Shown in pieces: positions 1 to 9,106 of a stretch of DNA of 32,000 nt. The position numbers and the translations under genes are program-made. The stretch covers positions 59-32,058 of the forward strand of contig NZ_PGGB02000005.1 in assembly GCF_002803295.2 (NCBI RefSeq). Direction: 5' to 3'. The notes below the pieces were generated by a model. That model did no database searches. It saw only the letters and a list, made by a program, of their open reading frames with translations, and was not told the origin of the DNA. The stretch comes from Caedibacter taeniospiralis. GTDB taxonomy: Bacteria; Pseudomonadota; Gammaproteobacteria; Francisellales; Francisellaceae. The stretch's first letter is position 1. Each line of letters starts with the position of its first letter.

Positions 1-348
1 AAATTTTTAGTCGTTTTGTCATCGGTGTTATTATTAACGGGCAGCGCCTTTGCCGAGGGAGTCGCAGGTGGTTCTGCCATGAGCTCGATTTTGATGCTCG
101 TCGCATTTTTTGCGATTTTTTACTTCCTGTTGATTCGTCCACAAATGAAACGCAATAAAGAACAACGCAAGATGATTTCTGAGCTTGGCAAAGGGGATGA
201 AGTAATGACCAATGGCGGAATTATCGGTAAAATCGTTAAAGTCGGTGAAAACTATACTGAACTGGAAATTGCCGAGAATGTGGTAATCAAAGTCCAAAAA
301 AGTGCAGTTTCTGGCGTTTTGCCAAAAGGTGCTGTCAAAACCAATTAA
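1..348 (+). CDS. yajC: Sec translocon accessory protein YajC (5' end probably outside window)
   Basis: ORF has the YajC pattern: one TM segment (SSILMLVAFFAIFYFLLIRPQMKRNKEQRKMISELGKGDEVMTNGGIIGKIVKV), immediately followed by secD and secF. The frame is open to base 1 (KFLVVLSSVLLLTGSAFAEG...), so the track's TTG start at 16 is doubtful. Confidence 0.93.
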   Translation, partial: KFLVVLSSVLLLTGSAFAEGVAGGSAMSSILMLVAFFAIFYFLLIRPQMKRNKEQRKMISELGKGDEVMTNGGIIGKIVKVGENYTELEIAENVVIKVQKSAVSGVLPKGAVKTN

Positions 349-393
349 TGTCGGTTAGATTTTTAGGCGGTGACTATATTTACGCCCATTGCT

Positions 394-456
394 CAGTGTG
401 AGTGTGACACTGATCACTCACACTGACACGCTTGTGCGGATTATTTGCACAAGCCG
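394..456 (+). repeat. Double-hairpin dispersed repeat, copy A
   Basis: CAGTGTGAGTG(394-404)-10 nt-CACTCACACTG(415-425), an 11-bp perfect stem, then GCTTGTGC(430-437)-9 nt-GCACAAGC(447-454). About 84% identical to copy B at 4758-4820. Confidence 0.8.
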
Positions 457-493
457 ATTTTTATACAGTCAAATAAACTAAGGTATCAGGATT

Positions 494-2440
494 ATGCTTC
501 ATCTGAGACAAAAAGCTGCGGTTAACAAGTATCCTTTATGGAAATACATCTTAATTCTGGTGATTGTCATTTTGGCAGTTATCTACGCTTTACCCAATTT
601 ATTTGGTGAAACGCCATCACTACAAATATCGCCCAAAGATGGTACGGTAAATGCTGAGTTTGTCACCCAAATAAAAGACACATTAGATCAACAAAAAATT
701 CCCTATAAGTCTCTAAAACAAGATTCAAGTACGGTAGTGCAAGTCAGATTTGCGGATGCTGAAGATCAGATTGCAGCACGCACAGTGCTACAAAAAAGCA
801 TGGGAAGTGACTATATCATTGCACTTAATATGGCGGCAAATACGCCAAACTGGCTATTGGCATTGGGAGCAACCCCCATGAACTTGGGGCTTGATCTGCG
901 TGGCGGGATGTATTTAGTGCTGGAAGCGGATACACAGTCAGCGATTAATGCCCGTTTAGATAGCACTTTGGATAGCGTAGTACAAGGGCTGAAAAAAGTA
1001 GCAGTGACTCCTGAGTCACAATTGAAAGCCTCGCAAAAAACGGAAATAAGCAAAGCACTGCCTGTACCTGTGACCTATAGCAGTATTGGCTACGTGGCGC
1101 TTAGCTTTGCAAGCACAGCAGATTTGGATAAAGCACTTGATTATTTAAAAACGGATTATACCAAGACGCAGAATAATCAGCTGGTTTATAGTGCACTCAA
1201 AGATAAAGCCTTACTCATTGCCTTTAACAGCCAGTTGTTAGCGCAGATTAAGCAAGAGGCGATATCTCAAGTGGTAACAGTAATGCGTAATCGCATCAAT
1301 GCCTTGGGTGTGGCGGAGGCTTCGGTTGCAGCCTCTGGTGACTCACGGGTGATTATTGAACTTCCAGGACTCCAGGACGCCGCACGAGCGAAGCAGATTT
1401 TAGGTGGGACATCGACAGCAAGTTTTTATATTGTCTCCCCTGTAGTTGATCGCTTAAAAGTCGAAGAGCAAGGCATTAAGGTTTATCCATTAAGCTCAAA
1501 TGGCAAAACTTTTTATTACCAGCTTGATGGCAACTCGGTGGTCAGTGGTAGTGCGATTGTGAATGCCTCCCCTGGGGTTGATCATCAGTCTGGTCAGCCA
1601 ATTGTTGCGGTTCAATTAAGCTCTGATGCTGCAGGTAATTTCAGAGAGGTAACCAGTAAGCATGTTGGTGATTTAATGGGGGTCATGCTGGTTAATACAA
1701 CCTACCAGAAAGAGCTTGTTGATGGTAAAGAGGTAAGTCGTATTGATAAGACTGAAAAACTCGTTAATGCCGCAACGATTCAAACGACCTTGGGTGCCAA
1801 TTTTCAAATCACGGGACTTGATCAGCGTGAAGCCAATAACCTGGCGTTGATGATTCGCTCAGGCGCCTTGCAGGTGCCAGTGCACATTGCCCAAGAACAG
1901 CAAATTGGTCCTACCCTTGGCAAGCAAAATATTGACCAGGGAATGCTTTCGATCGTAGTGGCACTCGTGCTGATTGTAATCTTTATGACGATTTACTACT
2001 GCCTGTTTGGGATGATTGCCAATATTGCCCTGGTGCTGAATATCGTTTTAACCATTGCAATTCTATCTATTATTCCTGGAGCCACCTTAACTTTACCAGG
2101 CATTGCGGCCCTGGTGCTTCATCTTGGAATGTCGATTGATGGTAATGTGTTAGTGTTTGAACGTATTCGCGAGGAGCTTAGAAATGGCGTTCCTGTACAA
2201 AGTGCAATCTCAGCGGGCTATGATCGCGCTTTTGCCACCATTGTTGACTCAAATGTGACGACTTTGATTGTTGCCGTGATCTTATTTGCTGTGGGAACTG
2301 GAACAGTAAAAGGGTTTGCCGTGGTATTGATCATTGGCATTTTAACCTCAATGTTTACCGCAGTAACCGTTTCAAGAGGCATGACCAACTTAATTTATGG
2401 GTCACGTCGCAACCTGAAAAAATTATCGATTGGCTTATAG
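494..2440 (+). CDS. secD: Protein translocase subunit SecD
   Basis: 648 aa; GLDLRGGMYLVLEAD, RIVIELPGL-like segment (RVIIELPGLQDAARAKQILG) and ALVLHLGMSIDGNVLVFERIREELRNG; followed by secF. Confidence 0.97.
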   Translation: MLHLRQKAAVNKYPLWKYILILVIVILAVIYALPNLFGETPSLQISPKDGTVNAEFVTQIKDTLDQQKIPYKSLKQDSSTVVQVRFADAEDQIAARTVLQKSMGSDYIIALNMAANTPNWLLALGATPMNLGLDLRGGMYLVLEADTQSAINARLDSTLDSVVQGLKKVAVTPESQLKASQKTEISKALPVPVTYSSIGYVALSFASTADLDKALDYLKTDYTKTQNNQLVYSALKDKALLIAFNSQLLAQIKQEAISQVVTVMRNRINALGVAEASVAASGDSRVIIELPGLQDAARAKQILGGTSTASFYIVSPVVDRLKVEEQGIKVYPLSSNGKTFYYQLDGNSVVSGSAIVNASPGVDHQSGQPIVAVQLSSDAAGNFREVTSKHVGDLMGVMLVNTTYQKELVDGKEVSRIDKTEKLVNAATIQTTLGANFQITGLDQREANNLALMIRSGALQVPVHIAQEQQIGPTLGKQNIDQGMLSIVVALVLIVIFMTIYYCLFGMIANIALVLNIVLTIAILSIIPGATLTLPGIAALVLHLGMSIDGNVLVFERIREELRNGVPVQSAISAGYDRAFATIVDSNVTTLIVAVILFAVGTGTVKGFAVVLIIGILTSMFTAVTVSRGMTNLIYGSRRNLKKLSIGL

Positions 2441-2450
2441 GAGTCTTGGC

Positions 2451-3404
2451 ATGGAGTTTTTTAAACGTAAAACCAATATCGACTTTATGGGCATTCGCAA
2501 ATGGACGGCAGTGGTGTCTGTTGTGCTCATTGGGTTATCCTTTATTTTTCTTTTTGCCCGTGGACTCAATATGGGACTTGATTTCACTGGGGGTTATCAG
2601 ATTCAGGTGAATTATCAGTCCACCCCATCCACGCAGGAAGTTGCTAAAACGCTCGAAAAAATGGGTTTCTCAGCCGTTGAAGTGACTACCTTTGGCTCAA
2701 GTGACAGTTTAATGATCAAACTATCTGCGCCTAAGGGTGAGAATGAGCAAAGCACGATTAATCAGGATGGGCAATCCACTCAACAACTTCTGCAGCAGCA
2801 AGTGGAAGCGGCTCTTGGGCAACAGGCGCATGTAACCAGTCTAAACTATATTGGACCTCAGGTAGGCAAAGAATTAGCAACCAATGGATTGTTAGCCTTG
2901 ATTGTTGCCATGATTTGCATTATTGGTTACATTGCCTTTCGTTTTGAGATGAAATTTGCCATTAGTGCAGGCATTGCCCTGTTACATGATCCCATTCTTA
3001 TCTTAGGTGTTTTTTCTGCTTTTCAGCTGGAGTTTAGTCAAGTAACACTGGCGGCACTGCTTGCGGTCATTGGCTTCTCCCTCAATGACACCGTGGTTAT
3101 CTATGATCGCGTACGTGAAAATTTCCGTAAGATGCGTAAAGCCAGTGTGATTGAGGTGATGAATCGCTCTATCAATGACACCCTCTCAAGAACCATTATT
3201 ACCTCAGGCTTAACCTTATTGGTGGTTGTTGTACTTTATTTCTTCGGCGGTCCTTCATTACATGAGTTTTCATTAGCGCTTATCCTAGGTGTGATTGTTG
3301 GCACCTATTCTTCCATCTATGTTGCAGGGGTTTTAGCGGTGTTGTTTGGTTTGAAACGTGAATCCCTTCTTCCGCCACAGAAGTTAGAGGATGATAGACC
3401 TTAG
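2451..3404 (+). CDS. secF: Protein translocase subunit SecF
   Basis: GLDFTGGYQIQV and FSLNDTVVIYDRVRENFRKMRKAS motifs. ATG at 2451 preceded by TAGGAG is preferred over the track's TTG at 2430, which overlaps secD. Confidence 0.96.
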   Translation: MEFFKRKTNIDFMGIRKWTAVVSVVLIGLSFIFLFARGLNMGLDFTGGYQIQVNYQSTPSTQEVAKTLEKMGFSAVEVTTFGSSDSLMIKLSAPKGENEQSTINQDGQSTQQLLQQQVEAALGQQAHVTSLNYIGPQVGKELATNGLLALIVAMICIIGYIAFRFEMKFAISAGIALLHDPILILGVFSAFQLEFSQVTLAALLAVIGFSLNDTVVIYDRVRENFRKMRKASVIEVMNRSINDTLSRTIITSGLTLLVVVVLYFFGGPSLHEFSLALILGVIVGTYSSIYVAGVLAVLFGLKRESLLPPQKLEDDRP

Positions 3405-3408
3405 TTTA

Positions 3409-4608
3409 TCAAGGAAGTTTTATCTCATCATTGAGGTTGTTGGTGGGATTAAAATGTATCAGCAAAAGGATGGCTAAACTATAGAATCCCGTAATCATTC
3501 CCCCTAAAAGGATGAGACTAGGATGCATGGTATTTGCAAAAATAAGCGCTAAAGCGACGATAAGATCAATACTAAGCCCGTAGATAGAGGATGCTACAGC
3601 GCTGTAGGGCTTATCAATCAGCAAAAAAGCTATCGTCACTGTATTAACACTAACGAGTGCTGATGAGAAACCAAATAAAATGGCACTAAGGATAACAAAG
3701 TAAAGGGCGGAGGCTTTGGGTATGAAAAACGCGCTAATAAACAAGATTCCGCTAAATGCTGCAACAAAAGAAAAAATCAGCGCACTCTTCTCATAGCTTA
3801 TTAAGCCGTTTAACCAGCGGAGGTTGATAAAGCGTGCAAGTGCGCCAAAGAAAATCAGCAAAAAGGATAACCAGCCATAAACAATGGTATTGTAACCCAG
3901 TGAGTCGATAACGATATAAGGCGTGCAAATATAAAAAACAGACATGCCTGCCCAGGCAACTGAAGTGACATAACAATAGCTTAAAAAACGTGCGTTTGTG
4001 ATGATGTGTAGCATCTTTCGACCACTTGAGGTATGCGTTTTGTTATGGTTGATTTGCGGTTCTTTAAAGTAGTTCAAAACAAGGATCAGTGTCACTAATG
4101 CAACAAGGATAACACCGCTAAAAACCCATTCCCAGCCGCCAAAATAAACGATATACCCGCCGATAAACCCGGCAATAGAGGGTGCTAAATAAAATAATAA
4201 GGCCAAGCTTTGCCAGGTTTTTACATAGGTGTTACCACTGAGTAAATCTTTAGGTAATGCTACAACAACAATGTAAAGACCTGAGGCTCCAACGCCTTGT
4301 AGAATTCGACCGATGTAAAACAGCAGAATATTATGCGAAAAAAGGCAAACAATGCTGCCAGCGATAACCACCAGGCAGTAAAGTATCAGTGTTTTTTTAC
4401 GTCCAAACTTATCGCTGATAATCCCGGCAGGAATGGCAAAAATAGCACCCGCAATAACGAATAAACTCAGTGTTAATTGGCTTTGCCCAACACTGACACC
4501 AAAGTCATTTTGTAGTAATGGCAATGCTGAGATGTACATGTCATAGGCGCAAACATAGACGCCGACTAAAAAAACAGCAAAAAAGTAAACGTAATTTTCG
4601 GGTTTCAT
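3409..4608 (-). CDS. MFS transporter, Bcr/CflA-like drug-resistance type
   Basis: 399 aa polytopic protein with MFS motif A (GIISDKFGRKKTLI) and motif C-like region (GRILQGVGASGLYIV). Confidence 0.85.
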   Translation of the reverse strand: MKPENYVYFFAVFLVGVYVCAYDMYISALPLLQNDFGVSVGQSQLTLSLFVIAGAIFAIPAGIISDKFGRKKTLILYCLVVIAGSIVCLFSHNILLFYIGRILQGVGASGLYIVVVALPKDLLSGNTYVKTWQSLALLFYLAPSIAGFIGGYIVYFGGWEWVFSGVILVALVTLILVLNYFKEPQINHNKTHTSSGRKMLHIITNARFLSYCYVTSVAWAGMSVFYICTPYIVIDSLGYNTIVYGWLSFLLIFFGALARFINLRWLNGLISYEKSALIFSFVAAFSGILFISAFFIPKASALYFVILSAILFGFSSALVSVNTVTIAFLLIDKPYSAVASSIYGLSIDLIVALALIFANTMHPSLILLGGMITGFYSLAILLLIHFNPTNNLNDEIKLP

Positions 4609-4633
4609 GATGGCACTGATTAGAAATTTTCCC

Positions 4634-4647
4634 GCAGTATATACTGC
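4634..4647. promoter_or_regulatory. Perfect 14-bp palindrome upstream of the MFS gene, possible operator
   Basis: GCAGTATATACTGC, 25 nt upstream of the MFS start (4608, minus strand). Confidence 0.35.
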
Positions 4648-4757
4648 CTAAACCGCGTTTTACAGGCTTTATTACTGTGCTATCTGCGATCATTTATGGG
4701 GCAAAATTACCATCTTCTGTTATATGAATAAGCACAAGGATTGATAAGTGTGAGTTG

Positions 4758-4820
4758 TCAGTGAGGGTGTGACTCTGATCACTCACACCGACACGCTTGG
4801 GTAAATTATTTTCCCAAGCC
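4758..4820 (+). repeat. Double-hairpin dispersed repeat, copy B
   Basis: TCAGTGAGGGTGTGACTCTGATCACTCACACCGACACGCTTGGGTAAATTATTTTCCCAAGCC. Second hairpin GCTTGGG(4795-4801)/CCCAAGC(4813-4819). Confidence 0.8.
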
Positions 4821-4887
4821 TAAACGCATAATGTTTAAGCTTGCACACGATATGCTGGAGAATCCTGTTTCTGTGCGGTGGCGACTA

Positions 4888-4896
4888 TGCTATAAT
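4888..4896 (+). promoter_or_regulatory. Candidate extended -10 promoter for gyrA
   Basis: TGCTATAAT: perfect TATAAT at 4891-4896 with a TGn extension, 41 nt upstream of the gyrA ATG; weak -35 (TTTCTG, 17-nt spacing). Confidence 0.6.
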
Positions 4897-4936
4897 CCGC
4901 GCTAGTTTTTGGAATATTTGAAGCGTTTATATCTCT

Positions 4937-7582
4937 ATGACAACACAATTTGCCAATGAAGTTTTCCCAGTTACTATCGAGCAAGAATTAAAACAATCTT
5001 ATTTAGATTATGCCATGAGTGTCATCGTTGGGCGTGCGTTACCTGATGTACGTGATGGTTTGAAGCCCGTGCACAGGCGCGTACTCTTTGCCATGAAAGA
5101 GCTGGGGAATGACTTTAATAAGCCCTATAAAAAATCCGCACGCGTTGTGGGGGACGTAATTGGTAAATACCATCCTCATGGGGACACGGCAGTATATGAT
5201 ACGATCGTGCGCATGGCGCAGCCGTTTTCACTGCGCTACATGCTTGTGGATGGGCAGGGTAACTTTGGTTCGGTTGATGGTGATTCACCTGCGGCGATGC
5301 GTTATACCGAAGTGCGGATGTCTAAAATTGCCCATTCACTCCTGATTGATATTGATAAGGAAACCGTTAATTTCTCACCAAACTATGATGAGACCGAAAT
5401 GATTCCTGATGTGTTGCCAACACGTATTCCAAATTTGCTCGTTAATGGTTCTTCAGGGATCGCGGTAGGTATGGCAACCAACATTCCACCACACAACTTA
5501 AATGAAGTCATTGACGGGGTTATTGCATTAATTGAAAACCCTGATCTGACCATTGAAGAGTTAATGGCATACATTCCAGGACCTGATTTTCCAACGGCAG
5601 CTTACATCAATGGTCGCTCTGGTATTGTGGATGCTTACAAGACAGGGCGGGGTCGTGTGATCATGCGCGCCAAAGCTTCCATCGAAACCGATAAAAAAAC
5701 GGATCGTGAACAGATTATCGTGAGCGAGCTGCCGTATCAGGTCAATAAGGCGCGCCTTATTGAGAAAATTGCTGAGCTGGTCAAAGATAAGAAAATCGAG
5801 GGTATTTCTGAACTGCGCGACGAGTCGGACAAAGATGGGATGCGTATCGCAATCGATGTCAAACGTGGTGAAGTTGCAGAGGTTTTACTGAATAATCTTT
5901 ATTCGCAGACACAGATGCAATTAAGCTTTGGCGTTAATATGGTAGCACTCGTGGACAATCAGCCGAAGCTTTTAAATCTTAAAGAAGTAATTGAAGCATT
6001 TATTCGTCATCGCAAAGAAGTGGTAACGAGGCGCACGATTTTTGAATTAAGAAAAGCCCGCGAGCGTGCGCATATTTTAGAAGGTCTGGCGATCGCCTTG
6101 TCGAATATCGATGAAATGATTGCGTTGATTAAAGCTTCAAAAACTCCCGCCGAAGCGAAAGAAGCACTCTTGGCACGGTCATGGTCAGGTGATCTGGTTG
6201 GTCAAATGTTACAAGGCGTGGATCAGGATTTATATCGAGTTGATGGACTAGCTTCACATTATGGGCTTCGTAATGGTGACTATTTCTTATCTCACGTTCA
6301 AGTGGATGCCATCTTGGAGTTGCGGTTACATCGCCTGACCGGTTTAGAGCAGGATAAAATTTTAGATGAGTTTAAAGCACTTTTACTGCGCATTGAAGAG
6401 CTCATCGCGATTTTAAAAGATGTTAAGCGTCTACTTGAAGTGATATGCGAGGAGCTACAAGAAGTCAAAGAGCAATTTGGCGATGCGCGTCGCTCCGAGA
6501 TTATTGCATCACAACTGGACTTAGGCTATGAGGATTTGATTACCGAGGAGTCCATGGTGGTGACACTTTCGTATGATGGTTATGTCAAGGCACAACCCTT
6601 AAAAGACTATAATGCGCAAAAGCGTGGAGGGCGAGGGAAATCATCAACGCAAATGAAGGAAGAAGATTTTGTTTATAAACTGCAAATTGCCTCGACACAC
6701 GACATGATGCTGTGCTTTTCAAGCTTAGGTAAAATTTATTGGAGCAAAGTCTATGAATTTCCGCAAGCAGGCAGAGCTGCCAAAGGCAGACCAATCAACA
6801 ATGTTTTCCCTCTGGAACAAGGGGAAAGAATTACTGCCATGCTTGCAGTAGCCGAATTTAGTGAAGGTTCAAATATCTTCATGGCAACCAAGCAGGCAAC
6901 GGTGAAGCGAATCGAATTATCCGCATTTTCGCGACCGCGTAAGGGCGGAATTTATGCCTTGACACTGGATGAAGGCGATGAGCTGTTACATGTGCATTTA
7001 ACGCGTGGTCAGCAAGAAATTATGATGTTCTCAAATGCGGGCAAAGCCATTCGTTTTAATGAGGATGAGGTTCGTACCGTAGGACGTACCGCGCGGGGTG
7101 TCCGAGGCATGCGCATTCAAGAGGATCAAAGCATCGTTGGCGTAATCGTCACCGATCCTGATCAGGGGGTTGTGCTTACAGCCACTGAGAATGGCTATGG
7201 TAAGCGTACCGCCGTGGCTGAGTATCGCAAAACAGCGCGCGGTTCACAGGGGGTTATCTCAATCTCAACTTCAGATCGCAATGGTCAAGTAGTTGCAGCT
7301 GGATTAGTTGAAGAAACAGACAATATTATGCTGATGACCGATCAAGGTGTTTTGATTAGAACCAGAGTAAGTGAAGTGCGTGAAACAGGTCGCTCGGCCC
7401 AAGGGGTTAAATTGATTAACCTTAAATCTAATGAAAAACTTGTTTCGGTGCAAGTGGTTGCTGAAGCTGAAATTGATGATGGTCTGGATGAGGAAACGCC
7501 TTTAGAGCATGCCATTGAATCAAGTGCCACTGATGATGTGGAGCCAGAGCAAAACATTGACGATGAGAACGACTTGGAGTAA
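4937..7582 (+). CDS. gyrA: DNA gyrase subunit A
   Basis: Full-length 881 aa with [24 protein letters not shown], the [25 protein letters not shown], catalytic-Tyr region AAMRYTEVR, GyrA-box QKRGGRGK and a C-terminal acidic tail. Confidence 0.98.
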   Translation: MTTQFANEVFPVTIEQELKQSYLDYAMSVIVGRALPDVRDGLKPVHRRVLFAMKELGNDFNKPYKKSARVVGDVIGKYHPHGDTAVYDTIVRMAQPFSLRYMLVDGQGNFGSVDGDSPAAMRYTEVRMSKIAHSLLIDIDKETVNFSPNYDETEMIPDVLPTRIPNLLVNGSSGIAVGMATNIPPHNLNEVIDGVIALIENPDLTIEELMAYIPGPDFPTAAYINGRSGIVDAYKTGRGRVIMRAKASIETDKKTDREQIIVSELPYQVNKARLIEKIAELVKDKKIEGISELRDESDKDGMRIAIDVKRGEVAEVLLNNLYSQTQMQLSFGVNMVALVDNQPKLLNLKEVIEAFIRHRKEVVTRRTIFELRKARERAHILEGLAIALSNIDEMIALIKASKTPAEAKEALLARSWSGDLVGQMLQGVDQDLYRVDGLASHYGLRNGDYFLSHVQVDAILELRLHRLTGLEQDKILDEFKALLLRIEELIAILKDVKRLLEVICEELQEVKEQFGDARRSEIIASQLDLGYEDLITEESMVVTLSYDGYVKAQPLKDYNAQKRGGRGKSSTQMKEEDFVYKLQIASTHDMMLCFSSLGKIYWSKVYEFPQAGRAAKGRPINNVFPLEQGERITAMLAVAEFSEGSNIFMATKQATVKRIELSAFSRPRKGGIYALTLDEGDELLHVHLTRGQQEIMMFSNAGKAIRFNEDEVRTVGRTARGVRGMRIQEDQSIVGVIVTDPDQGVVLTATENGYGKRTAVAEYRKTARGSQGVISISTSDRNGQVVAAGLVEETDNIMLMTDQGVLIRTRVSEVRETGRSAQGVKLINLKSNEKLVSVQVVAEAEIDDGLDEETPLEHAIESSATDDVEPEQNIDDENDLE

Positions 7583-7585
7583 TTG

Positions 7586-8764
7586 GTGAAAGTCATCACA
7601 ATCCTGGGAGCTACGGGTTCAGTCGGGGTAAACACCCTGGAGATTATTCGTGATAATCCCAATGATTTTGAAGTTTATGCACTGACGGCGCGTTGCAATA
7701 TAGAACTTTTGTACCAGCAGTGTTTGCAGTTTAAACCAAACTACGCTGTGGTTGTCAGTGAGGACTTAGCCAGTAAATTAGCTAATGATTTAGCAGAAGT
7801 AAATAGTCAAACCATGGTACTGTACGGTGAATCCGCACTGATTGAGGTTGCATCCGCCAAAGCAGTTGATATGGTCATGGCAGCGATTGTTGGTATTGCG
7901 GGTTTAAAATCAACCTATGCGGCTATTGAAAAAGGTAAAACTATTTTGCTGGCAAATAAAGAGACCTTGGTCAGCGCAGGAGAGATTTTCATTCATGCCG
8001 CTAAAAAATCAGGAGCAGTCATTTTACCTGTGGATAGTGAGCACAATGCCATTTTTCAATGTTTGCCAGAGTATGCTAAAGCGTACGATGAACAAACCAT
8101 TGCTAAAATTATTCTGACTGCCTCAGGAGGTCCTTTTCTCGATAAGCCCTTAAATGAATTAAAAAACATTACACCAGATGAGGCGTGTGCGCATCCAAAT
8201 TGGCGGATGGGGCGAAAAATTTCGGTTGATTCCTCAACGATGATGAATAAGGCATTAGAAGTCATCGAAGCTTATTGGCTGTTTGGGGTGCCCGTTGAGC
8301 GTATTGAAGTGTTGATACATCCGCAGAGTATTGTGCATTCAATGGTTGAATATCATGATGGCAGTTTTATCGCGCAGCTTGGATCTCCCGATATGAAAAC
8401 GCCGATTGGCTATGCAATGTATTATCCGAAGCGGCATAAAGTTAATGTGCCAAAATTGGATTTTACAGCAAAGCCATTAAGCTTTAGCACGCTAGACCTT
8501 GAACGCTTTGCAGTGATTTCATTGGTGTACCAAATTTTGAAAGAAAAAAATTATGCCGCAGCAATTGTACTAAATGCAGCCAATGAAGTGTTGGTTGAGG
8601 CTTTTTTGGCGGAAAAAATACAATATCTGCAGATAATCAAGTATATTGAGCAGGCTCTGAAAGCGCTTCAATTCGATAAGGCACGAACCATAGATGAGGT
8701 CATAGCCATCGATGCAAAGACACGAAAATATGTCGTAGACTTGATTGGTACGATATGTAAATAA
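7586..8764 (+). CDS. dxr: 1-deoxy-D-xylulose 5-phosphate reductoisomerase
   Basis: ITILGATGSVGVNTLEII, LLANKETLVSAGEI, PVDSEHNAIFQCL, LTASGGPF, HPNWRMGRKISVDSSTMMNK. GTG at 7586 sits ~6 nt after a GGAG overlapping the gyrA stop, preferred over the TTG at 7583. Confidence 0.96.
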   Translation: MKVITILGATGSVGVNTLEIIRDNPNDFEVYALTARCNIELLYQQCLQFKPNYAVVVSEDLASKLANDLAEVNSQTMVLYGESALIEVASAKAVDMVMAAIVGIAGLKSTYAAIEKGKTILLANKETLVSAGEIFIHAAKKSGAVILPVDSEHNAIFQCLPEYAKAYDEQTIAKIILTASGGPFLDKPLNELKNITPDEACAHPNWRMGRKISVDSSTMMNKALEVIEAYWLFGVPVERIEVLIHPQSIVHSMVEYHDGSFIAQLGSPDMKTPIGYAMYYPKRHKVNVPKLDFTAKPLSFSTLDLERFAVISLVYQILKEKNYAAAIVLNAANEVLVEAFLAEKIQYLQIIKYIEQALKALQFDKARTIDEVIAIDAKTRKYVVDLIGTICK

Positions 8765-8786
8765 CTGGAGTTACTTATTTTTGCTT

Positions 8787-9010
8787 CACTACCCCTCCTC
8801 GCAGGTCTGACCACTCTGGAGTGGTCAGACGCGCTCGGCACCCCTTCACTGGTGAAGGGGAATTTCCCGAAAGCGTATCATTTAATTCCCCTTCGTTAGC
8901 GAAGGGGGCGAAAAGCGCCTTAAAGGAAGCAAACAGTTTTGCTTCCTTAGCTTTGAGCGCTGTAAGCTCCGCGCGCAGCTGGAGGACAATGCGAAGCGGA
9001 CGGGGTAGTG
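8787..9010. repeat. Mosaic foldback (MITE-like) element bounded by a 9-bp terminal inverted repeat
   Basis: CACTACCCC (8787-8795) is the exact reverse complement of GGGGTAGTG (9002-9010). Inside are four hairpins: 8805-8830 (12-bp arms), 8841-8860 (9), 8888-8907 (8), 8923-8948 (11). Confidence 0.65.
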
Positions 9011-9106
9011 CGAATAAACGTAGGGGCGTATTGAATATGCCGTTGTGGGCAGAAATACGGTCAATACAAAAAATGTAAACTTAATTAAGAATGAAGGAAG
9101 ATTGGC

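Noticed and set aside
3594-3607. 14-bp palindrome CTACAGCGCTGTAG
   Set aside because: Lies within the MFS coding sequence and is explained by codons for ordinary residues (YSAV); no regulatory context.
8821-9078. ORF-track +85 aa (and antisense 8882-9064, 60 aa) in the dxr-bamA gap
   Set aside because: Both are composed almost entirely of the hairpin array and have no recognisable domain; their codons are explained by the inverted repeats.
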